The notes under the pieces are model-generated. The model made no database searches. It was not told the DNA's origin and was given only the letters and a program-made list of their open reading frames with translations. Position numbers and translations under genes: made by a program. Of a DNA stretch of 64,000 nt, positions 39,717 through 50,000 are shown in pieces. Location: the NCBI GenBank assembly GCA_937930235.1, contig CALGLJ010000008.1:23-64022 (forward strand), read 5' to 3'. This DNA is from an uncultured Verrucomicrobiales bacterium (GTDB lineage: Bacteria; Verrucomicrobiota; Verrucomicrobiia; Verrucomicrobiales; Akkermansiaceae). Positions within the stretch are counted from its first letter, which is position 1. Each line of letters opens with the position of its first letter.

Positions 39717-40961
39717 ATGAAAATTTTGACCTCTCTAAGCTTGCTCGCTCTCACCTACCATGCGCTCGCTGACATTGATGTCCCAGGAGCGAATGGCTCG
39801 AGCGGGGTGCTCAATATTACGGAAGACACTGTGATTGACCTTTCCCAGGCAGCCGACGGGGCTTGGGATGGTGCAAACACTGTGAACGGGATTTACGATG
39901 CTTCCCAATGGGCTGTCGTTTTCAACTACGCCAGCGTCAATATCGCGGAAGGAACCACCGTCACTTTCACAAATCATCCGAGCAAGGCTCCAGTAGTCTG
40001 GCTGGTGGCTGGTGATGTCACTATCGCAGGCACGGTGAGTCTGAATGGCCATGAGAGCCAAATTGCGCCGAGCTTGGCGGAAGGCGGGCCCGGAGGATTT
40101 CGCGGTGGAACTTCCAGCTTCCGCAGTAATCCGCGAGCAAGCGCTGGCTTTGGACCAGGGGGTGGGTTTCAGCAAAATAATGCAGGTCGTAGTGGCTCCT
40201 ACGGCACGGCGATCAGTGATTCTGCAACTTATGGAAATCCTTCCCTCATTCCCTTGATTGGAGGGTCTGGCGCCGCAGCGGACCCCGAACTGCAAGCTAC
40301 AGATCGTCGGGGCGGTGGTGGTGGTGGTGGAGCCATTTTGATCGCATGTGAGGGATCCGTGACTTTGACGGGAACTTTGAGAGCTGATGGAGGACAAGGA
40401 ATTAGTCCTAGGTTTTCAAATCTGAATAACTCCGGCGGCAGCGGTGGAGGGATCCGCCTTGTGTGCGATAGCTTTACCGGAGACGGAAATCTCACTGCCG
40501 CTGGTGGCTCTGGCTGGCAGGCTGGCGGTTCCGGGCGTATTCGTATTGAGCGCGTGTCGGCTTCCTCAGACCTCTCCATCGTGCCAGATCCATCTGTGGT
40601 TCCGATCGCGGCCAACGACACTGCGCTTTTGTGGCCGCCAGCGACTGCTCCACAGGTGCGTGTCGTCTCTATCGGCGGAGAAAACGCCCCAGCAGACCCT
40701 CGGGCGGCCTTTGGCGCGGAAGGCGCGGACGTTTCTCTCGGAGAAACTGAGAGTACGCCCATTGTGATCGAGACTACCAACGTCGAGCAGGCCTCGACCG
40801 TGCAGGTTCGCGTCACCCCCCGCTCCAATGCCAACGCCACTGTGATTGACGCGGCGGTTGATTCCGTTGTGTCCACCAACCCGCTTGTGGTGCGTTGGAC
40901 GGCTGACCTTCCAGTCAACACCGGATATTCGGCCGTCCAAGTCAAAGTAGTGCGTCCGTAA
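39717..40961 (+). CDS. Secreted glycine-rich (beta-helix-like) protein
   Basis: Signal peptide LSLLALTYHALA. Repetitive Gly-rich segments (RRGGGGGGGAILIACEGSVTLTGTLRADGGQG; NNSGGSGGGIRLVCDSFTGDGNLTAAGGSGWQAGGSGRIRI). A beta-rich C-terminal ~120 aa. 60 nt upstream of the giant gene. Confidence 0.75.
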   Translation: MKILTSLSLLALTYHALADIDVPGANGSSGVLNITEDTVIDLSQAADGAWDGANTVNGIYDASQWAVVFNYASVNIAEGTTVTFTNHPSKAPVVWLVAGDVTIAGTVSLNGHESQIAPSLAEGGPGGFRGGTSSFRSNPRASAGFGPGGGFQQNNAGRSGSYGTAISDSATYGNPSLIPLIGGSGAAADPELQATDRRGGGGGGGAILIACEGSVTLTGTLRADGGQGISPRFSNLNNSGGSGGGIRLVCDSFTGDGNLTAAGGSGWQAGGSGRIRIERVSASSDLSIVPDPSVVPIAANDTALLWPPATAPQVRVVSIGGENAPADPRAAFGAEGADVSLGETESTPIVIETTNVEQASTVQVRVTPRSNANATVIDAAVDSVVSTNPLVVRWTADLPVNTGYSAVQVKVVRP

Positions 40962-41021
40962 AGAGCGTCTGCCAGTCTAGAGAGTTTCATCTTTTTTCCC
41001 CATCGTTATTTGTTTCTGGCC

Positions 41022-44000
41022 ATGTCTCATCGGCTGATCCTTGCTTGTAGCCTCGTATTTTTTGCGTCTTCGCTTTGGGGGCAGGAGCTTCTTCTGCGCG
41101 AGGTTGTGTCGCGCGAGTATTCGCTGAGCATCGGGAGCGACTCCAGTGATCGGCACGTCACCTCGCGCGAATTTTCGCTCGCAGTGCGCTCGGGAAGAGC
41201 AGAGGGCGAAGTCACCAGTCGGGAACTCGTGTTGGCGGTGGCGGATGATGCTCCGCCGCCAGCCTTGACGGATTTCGGGATCGAGGTTTCGCCGACGGGG
41301 AGTGAAGTAAGCCTCGATTGGTCCGGATACGGAGCACCGCAGTACCGGGACATCGGTCAATTTTGGATCTATCTGTCTGATGACGGACCCATCACAAGCT
41401 TGGTCGACCTCACACCCGTTTTGACGACGGACGGAGAGACCTTTTCGGCGACGTTGACGGGTTTGAGTGAGTTTCGGGATCATTTTCTAGCAATCGTTCC
41501 GGTCGATAGTGCGGGGAATTTTGACCCAGCGGTTAACTACGGCGCGGCTTATGTGATCAGCCCGGAAATCATTTCGCGAGAGCTGTCTTTGTTCATCGGG
41601 AGAGAGCCCATTTCGCCATATCGGGAAGTTATTTCGCGCGAGTATGATCTTGCGATTTCTCCTTCCGAACCTCCGTCCGCGCTCACAGACTTGATGGTTT
41701 CCGTTTCCTCCTTGGGAGATATCGCGAGCTTAGACTGGTCCGGCTACAATCAAGGGGTCGAGGGACCGATTGAGCGCTTTGACATCTATCTCTCTGACGA
41801 TGGACCCATCACCGATGTCACGGGCCTGACCCCGCTGCGTAGCTTGCCGGGGATGAGCTTGAGGGTGGAATTGAGCGGGCTGAGCCAAAATCGAGACCAC
41901 TTTTTTGCAGTTGTGCCAGTGAATGCTGCAGGCGCCTTCCAGTCGGTGGTGAATTACGCAGCGGCTTATGTGCTTTCGCCCGAAATCGTTTCGCGAGAGC
42001 TGAGCCTCTTTGTGGGCGAAACGTCTGATTTAACTCAGGACGTTTCTATCGTTTCCCGGGAGTATGATATTTTGGTGCCTGATTCTTCGATACCCGCGCC
42101 CGTCACGGGAGGTGCAAGTGAGTTTTTAGTAACCACCTCCCGCACCGCCTTCGGGGCCGTGGATTTGGACTTCTCCGATTACAATGAATTGGAGCAGCTT
42201 GATGTCGTTCGCTACGACGTTTACGTCCAAGATCGCTTTTTTGACACGGTGACGGGCCTCACGCCTTTTGCACAGCTGCCTCTGGGGGATCAAAAACCGA
42301 TTCTGGCTGGTTTGCCGGGTGGGGCCATCCGGCACATTGCGGTGGTGGCGGTCGATGCGCTGGGTGGCTTTGATCCAACGGTGCGCTCGTTTTCGGCTCA
42401 GGCCTCAATTTCTGGATTGGGTGAAGTGACTGATTTAGCGGGTAGTGCCACGGGAACAACGCTGAGTTTTTTCTGGATTGCACCGGAGGATGCCGTGGAA
42501 TTTTTACAAGGCTTTGAAGTTCAGCTTGGTGATGCTGACCCGGTCCGACTTCCGGTCGCGACCACTTCCTATGACGTTACTGGGCTCACGCCCGCAACGG
42601 GGTATCCTTTTCGAGTCAGCACAGTTGATATTTTTGGTAACGTGAGCGGTGGGACGTCGTTGAATGCCTCCACACTTCTTCCTAATCCGACAGGGGTGTT
42701 TTTGATACAAAGTGGGGGGGACGCCCTTTTGCAATGGCAGCCGACTCAGCCTGAAGGGTTGGTTGCGTTTTACGAGGTGTATCGTACTCCGGCGGCCTTT
42801 ACCGATATTTCCGGTCTCCAGCCGTTGGGGGTGAGCTTGGGCACGGAGTTCAATGTTGGGCCCATCGCAGCATTGAGCGATGCGCATTTCGCGGTGGTAG
42901 CGGTCAATGCGCTCGGAGCTAAAGATCTGACCGTTGTCTCGATTTCTTCCGATAAGCAGGCGCAGACCATTACCTTCGCCGACCTCAGCTTAGGAGCATC
43001 TCCGCTGAGCCTTAATGCGATAGCGTCTAGCGGTTTACCTGTCATTTTTTCGGTCAACCCTCGAGTCGGGCGTCTCACGGATTCTGGAAATGCGGTGGAA
43101 ATTCTGCGAGGCGGGCTTTTGGAAGTGACGGCAACCCAGCCGGGGGACGCACGCTTTTGGGCTGCTCCGCCGGTGACTCGCATCTTGCGCGTTGCTCCAC
43201 TCATCCGCTCCTTTGCGGTTAATGGGGTAGAAATCACTCCGACTACCGAGATCGGCCTGCGCTCGGAAACTCTCTCGGTGGTGGCGGATGATGTCGATGG
43301 CATCCGGGAAGCGGAATTTTTCCTACGGCCTTTTGGAAATGGTGTTTTCACTAGCTTGGGGAGCGATCTCATTCCAGGGGATGGTTTATCCACGACCTTC
43401 CTCACCGCGCCTTTTGCACCGGGTCGCTATGATTTGCAGGTTACCGTTACTACTTTTGGTGATGTCACCAACTCGACCACTCGCTCTGTCTCTTTGGTAA
43501 GAAAAGTCCCGCTCCGCCCAGTTATTGAGTCACCCGCGTCTGGCCTACTTACCCGGAGTCAGATGCTTACGGTGACCGGAACTGCCGAGCCCGGAGCGCA
43601 GGTTCAGCTTTTCAGTAATGGTACGCTTTTGACGACGGTGGCCGCCTCCGAAGCGGGAGCGTTTTCCGGCACGATCTCGCTCCAGGCGGGCACGAATGAT
43701 CTGAGCGCCCGCGCTCTGAACGACGCGGGGGACAGTCAGGCTTCTGACCCTGTCTCAGTTACTTTAGAGTCTGCATTAAGTTTGGCAGTGATGCCGACTT
43801 CGGCCACTGAGGGGACAACTATTTCCCTGATTGTTTCTCGAAATCATGGTTCTGGGCGGTTGCAAGTGCGCTTGCGTGATGTGGTAGCGGGCCAAGTTAC
43901 GCTACCTACGTCTGTCATTTTACCTGATGGAGAAACGAGCGTTTCGGTCTTGGTGCCAGTCATTGATGATCAAGTGGCCGAGGCCACGAGTGGGCTGCGT

Positions 44001-47000
44001 CTATCGGCTACTGCTCCGGGATATCGCAGCGCAACCGCCACACTTTTAATCGAGGATGACGACCAACCGACGCTCACTCTTACGGCAAATCGCGAGGTCA
44101 TTGCTGAGGGTGCAGAATTGGGTCAACTTCGCTTCACTCTTACGAGGACGCCTGTTACCGCAACACCCTTTGTGGTGCAGCTTAGCAGTTCTGCGCCGGC
44201 AACCCTGAAAATTCCTACTCAAATCCAGTTTGGTCCCTTTGCGGGTAGCACTTCCTTCTTAGCTGAGTTGCCAAATAACGAGGAACAAAATGAAGACACC
44301 TTGGTGCGCATCGGGGCGCGGATTTTGGATGTCAGCTCGGGTGAATTGGTCAGCGAGGCCATGGAAACTGCGGTTTTGGTGACCGATGATGACGGTGCGA
44401 CCTTGCGACTTTCCTTTGATCAGCAGGCTGTTCCGGAAGGTGGGGTGATTAGTGGAAAAGTAAACCGCAGCGGACCCACTACCGCGAGTCTTACAGTTCA
44501 GCTCGCTTATACTCCGAGCGGTCGTCTTTCCGGTCCGGCTTCGGTGACGATTCCTGCAGACCAGAGGGAGGTGGGCTTTTCCATTGAGGGTCTGCCGGAT
44601 AACATTCTAGAAAACCAAGAAAGTATCGTGGTGCGGGCCCAGGCCTCCGAGTTTTCTCCCGTCGAACGCTCTCTGGTAGTTAATGATCTGCCTTTCCCCG
44701 ACCTCGTAGTGAGCCAGGTGAGCATTGATGCGCCTGTGCTGACGCAAGCGCTTACGAATTATCGTTACCGCCTGGCCAACCGCGGGGTGACCCGTACTCC
44801 TCGAGCCTTTGAGACGCGGGTGTATCTCTCTCGGGACGCGCTCCTGGATGTCGACGACGTTCTTCTGGAGGCCTATGAATACCCGGATCGCTTGGCTCCG
44901 GGCCAAGAAGTGGAACGTTCCGATTCTTTCAATACTCCCTCTGAGGTGGGCGATTACTTCATTTTGGTCGTTGTGGACCAAGCAAATGGAGTGATCGAGG
45001 TCATCGAAGACAATAATCTTCGGGCGTCCGCTCGGTTCGAAAATCAACCTGCCTATACCGCGTCCGTTTCTACCGAGGTGGAGGTGGCCCCGACCAACAG
45101 CGAAATTCCATTCACGGGAATGGCCACCAACTTCGATGGCTCACCTGCGGCTGAGAAGTTGGTTCATATCGCAATCAATACCGAGGACACCGAGCGTACC
45201 CTAGAGACTTTGACCGATGCGCAGGGCCGCTTTTCTACCATCTTCCAACCGCTGCGGGGCGAGGGCGGCACCTACGGAGTTGCGGCCCTTCATCCGGGAC
45301 AGCAGGAAATCGCGGTGCAGGATTCCTTCACTCTGCTCGGGGTAAGTACGGAGCCTCGTCAGCTGGCCCTGAGCGTCACTCGTGGAGGAAGCGCGACCAT
45401 GGATTCCTTTACCGTCAGTAATCTCGCCAATATTCCGCTGAACGAGATCACTTTTGAGCTCCTCGATGCTCCAGCAGGTTTGATTTTTGAGGGCTCGCTG
45501 CGCAATCTCACCGAACTCGATGGAGATAGCATGGCGGAGGCTGATCTCACAGTGGAGGCCAGTATGATCGCTCCAGATCTGTATGAAGGTCAAATGCGGA
45601 TTTGCAGTGTGGAGGGAGCGAAGCAGGACGTGCCGATTGTCATCACGGTTCGGGATCCTAGTAGTCGGCTTCTCTACGAGGGTGAGCCGATCGACCGAGG
45701 GATGTTGCGGGGGGATTCCAGTTTCGTAAATCTGCCTATTCGGAATCAAGGGGGAGCCCACAGCGGGCCGATTTCCATTTTGATCCCGTCTGAGTTCCCA
45801 TGGTTGACGGCGGCTACGGTCATGCCTGCGCCCTCGCTCGCTCCGGGGGAAAGGGCCGAGTTGACCTTGCAACTCACGCCGCCTGCCGATCTTGCATTTG
45901 GCGAATATACCGGAAGCATTGTGCTAGAAACGGGGTCGTCTCGAGTGAGCGTGCCCTTTGCTCTACGTCCAATTTCGGATCGTCTCGGCTCGTTCACGGT
46001 TTTGGCCGAGGATGAATTTACTTATTATGCGGAGGGCCGCCCGCCGCTAGCTGGCTGCCGGGTGCGGCTCTGCGATGTTTTCTCGCGAGAGATTGTGGCG
46101 GAAAGTACGACGGGAGCGGATGGGTTGCTCACTTTTGATGAAGTGGTAGAGGGTTACTACGTGCTCAAGGCTTCGGCCGAGGATCATGCAAACTTCGAGC
46201 GGACCATTTTCATCCAACCCGGAACGAACAATAGGGAAAATATTTTCCTCCAGCGCCAAACGGTGCGCTACACTTGGAATGTGGTGCCGACCAGGGTGCG
46301 AGATCGCTACCGCATTGTGCTGGAGACGGAGTTCGAGACCAATGTGCCTGCTCCCGTGGTTACGATCGAGCCTGCTTTTGTCGACTTAGACGAATTGACT
46401 GAAGAAACGACTCAGATTGACTTCACCATTACGAATCATGGTTTGATCCGTGCCGACGACGTCAGTCTAGGTTTCGGCTCGAATAGTGATTGGCGCATCA
46501 GCGCTCTGACCGAGGACTTGGGGGACCTTGAAGCGAAGAGTTCGAGGGTGGTGCCGGTAGTATTTCAAAGACTTGGTGAGAGGGCCCGGAACGCTCGCAA
46601 TTGTTCGGGCTCGATCTCTGGACGACTTCAGTGGTTCTATGAGTGTGGGGAATATAGCCTCAGTGGCTCCGTTGGTATCTCACTGGCAGCTAATGACCGG
46701 CCCGGGCAGAATTGCGGGGGAGGGAGAGTGACTCCAGTGGGAGGCGGAGGCGGAGGCGGAGGCGGAGGGAATTTTAATCCCGTAGCCAGCAGCAGCGGCG
46801 GATCCTGTGACCCCTGCGTGGCTCGCGCGATCCTAGATTGTGGGATTGGTTTCATTCCGGTGGTTGGTTGTGGATATGCGGCAGGCACTACCGCTCTTAC
46901 CTGTGCGGATCAGGGGGCGAGCCGAGACTGCCTTATTGATACTGCCCAGACTGGTTTCGGATGCGTGTGTGATGCCTTCGATCTGGCATCACTCGGGCTC

Positions 47001-50000
47001 AGCGGGGGGGTCTGTGGCGCTCTAAACTGCTTTGTAGATTTATTGCAGTGTGCTTTTCCGCAGGATATGCGGAGCCGAAGCTACGATGCTGTCTTGGCGG
47101 ACTTTCAGAGGGCAGGGCGTCGAGTGGAAGCAATGATGGAATTTGAACTCACTCTGGTGGGTGATCCTGCTTGGAGGCCAATTTTTGAAGAGGAAGGCAC
47201 CTCGGAATTCATGGAACTTTTCCGTCGCGATATTGCTGGGGAGACAGAAGCAGCAATCCAGATCACGACGGCGGAACGGGCCGCTCTCTTGAGCACGATG
47301 ACTGGGCAAAATCACCCTCAGTTGGTGGAAAGTCTGATCGAGAGGTGGCACCGCAGCCTCGATTACTGGGAGCGGGGTTATGTTAGTATCGAGGACATTC
47401 CGACTGGCGAAAGTCGAGATTTCATTGAGCCCCTACTTTTAGCGGAAGCAGGCACACGCATCGTGGCGGCCTATGATGAAGCTCGGGCCATGGGTTTTGA
47501 GGATCCGGTCGAGGCCTTTGGGGCATCCCTTCAGGATATGTTCGATTTTCTTTCTTCCGGTGATGGTGTTTGCGCGCGAGTGAGACTTCAGATCGAGCAA
47601 GAAGCAGTGCTGACTCGCGATGCCTTTGCAGCGTCTCTGAATTTGGACAATTCCGGCGTAGAGCCGCTGACGAATGTGCAAGTGGAGGTTCGCGTCCTGA
47701 ACGATAACGGGGAGGACTCGACAGATCTCTTCGGCATAGCTGGGCCTGAAATTTCTGGGCTAAATAGTGGTGTGGTCGCAGCAGGGAGTGCGGCGGACTG
47801 GGCTTGGACCATCATTCCGGGGCGGGAAGCAGCCCCTGAACAAGTAGAGATTTACTTTGTCGAAGGTGTTATCAGCTATGTGCTGGGTGGTATTCCGGTG
47901 GAAATTCCGCTTGCTCCGCAGCGCATCCGCGTGTTGCCCAATCCGAGCCTAAAAATTAAGTATTTCCACGAGCGCGACGTCTTTTCTGATGACCCCTTCA
48001 CAGATGTTATTGAGCCCAGCATTCCCTTCACCCTCGGTGTGATGGTAGAAAATACTGGCGGCGGTATTGCGCGCGATCTTTCCATCACTTCAGGCCAACC
48101 TGAAATTATCGAGAACGAAAAAGGCCTGCTCATCGACTTCGAGATCATCGGCTCCGAGGTGGATGGCCGTTCATTTACGCCTAGCTTGGAGGCGGACTTC
48201 GGCCAGCTCGTGCCTGGTGAGATCAAAATTGGACGCTGGCTTATGACCTCTAGCCTTCACGGTCACTTCCGTAGTTTCTCCGCCCAGTTTGAGCATCTCG
48301 ATGGCCTCGGGAACGAGAGCCTCTCGCTCATCGAGAGTGTGGAAATCCACGAAATGGTCCGACAAGTTGAAGTGACTGGTGCGAAGGCGGATGGTAAGCC
48401 AGACTTTTTGACCAATGACGTTGCGGATATCTTGAAGTTGCCCGATACAATTCACCTCAGCGATGGCTCCACCGCAACCGTTGCGGTCTCCACCGAAGCG
48501 ACGGTTGGGACTCCTACCGAGACAAATCTGACTATCCAGATCCAAAATACCGGATTGGGCAGCGGTTTTGGCTATTTGCGTATCGATGATCCCGCAGACG
48601 GCCGCTTCCGCCTGCTTTCCTGCCGTCGTTCGGATGGCCAGGAAATCCCCTTGAGCTCCAACGTTTGGGTGACGGATCGCACTTTCATCGGCTTTGGCCT
48701 GCGCCCAGTGCGGGAAAATAAGCTACATCTCTTCGATTGCGATAGCTCTGGCACCTACACCTTGACTTACGGAGTCGGACCAGCCGTGGATACCGAGGCT
48801 CCCACCAGCCGCGTGACTGCGCTCCCATCCTCTAGCAGCCCGCTCGTTACGGTGCGCTGGACCGGCACCGATACTGGAGATGGAATCGCTTCCTATGACG
48901 TATTCGTTTCAGAAAATGGAGGCGCGTTTTCACCCTGGCTCACTGGAGTCACCCAGACGGAGGCACTCTACCGCGGGACCTCAGGAGCTAGTTACCAATT
49001 TTACTCGCAGGCTATTGACCGTCAGGGGAACCAAGAGCCTGCTAAAAACACGGCGGAGGCTATGACTTTAATCGATCAGGAAAATCAGGTTCCCGTTCTC
49101 AATCTCCCAGCGGTGGTGCGAGTGGCGGAGGGATCTACCCTGATCTATCAAATTCAGGCTAACGACCTCGATGGCCCCACCTCAGATCTCCGCTTTGAGG
49201 TCACTAGCGCGAATCCTGGAATTATTATCGATCGTACCACTGGCCGCCTAAGGTTCCGCCCGGGCGAGGCGGATGGCGGTACCACCATTCCGGTAAACGT
49301 GATTGTTTCGGATGGGTCTGCGATTCCCGCTACCGCTCAAGGGACTTTCTCGATCCAAGTCGAAGAAATCAACGCAGCTCCGGTCTTGGCGAATCCCGGT
49401 AGTTATCAACTTGATATTGGACAACCACTTGCACTCACGCTGGCAGCGGAAGATGGCGATCTCCCGGCGCAGCAGCTTTCCTACAGCATCATTTCTGGCG
49501 CACCGACGGGGATGAATCTCCAGCCCACTAGTGGGCTTCTCACCTGGACTCCAACGGCGGTGGATGAAAAGAAAAGCTATCAGATCACGGTGGAGGTCTC
49601 CGATAACCAATCACCTCCGGCGGTGGCCCGGCGAACCCTCTTTCTAGAGGTCCTCGAAGATCCCGGCACTCCACCTGAGTTCGATGCCTTCCCGGTGCTG
49701 TCTTGGATGAGCGGCTCCGCTCAAAGTGCGACCCTCTCCGCCTCTGATCCCGAAGGTCAACCTGTTACGCTCAGCGCTGATCTTTCCGCCCTCCCTGGCG
49801 GCTGGAAAATTTTCGACGGACCACTGGATTCCGGCCGCGGCACCTTGGAATGGAGCCTTCTTGGTGTTCCCCCTGGAACCTACGAGCTTCCGGTCACTGC
49901 CAGCACTTCCCGACAGTCGGTGAGCCGCAATCTTACAATTGAAGTGCTGGTTCGTCCTGCCTTTGATTCCTTCGAAAGTTGGCTCGCAGCCTACTCAGTT

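Noticed and set aside
40229-40990. 253-aa minus-strand ORF (Pro/Ala/Ser/Thr-rich) covering most of the Gly-rich gene
   Set aside because: It is the mirror image of GC-rich Gly/Ala codons on the plus strand (poly-Gly becomes poly-Pro). It has no motifs or signal, and the plus-strand gene has a signal peptide and coherent repeats. It is an antisense artefact.
42770-43405. 211-aa minus-strand ORF inside the giant gene (the 223-aa ORF at 45201-45872 and several shorter ones are similar)
   Set aside because: High-GC coding regions commonly keep antisense frames open. These ORFs are Arg/Ser/Pro-rich with no motifs, and they lie wholly within an uninterrupted 9.4-kb ORF of clear domain structure.
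46641-46655. ECGEY in the giant protein, considered as a thioester (CGEQ-like) site as in alpha-2-macroglobulins
   Set aside because: The Gln required for thioester formation is replaced by Tyr, and I see no macroglobulin-domain context around it. I treated it only as part of the Cys-rich segment.
46637-46888. 83-aa minus-strand ORF with a Pro10 run
   Set aside because: It is antisense to the (GGAGGC)n Gly10 microsatellite inside the giant gene and is an artefact of repeat composition.
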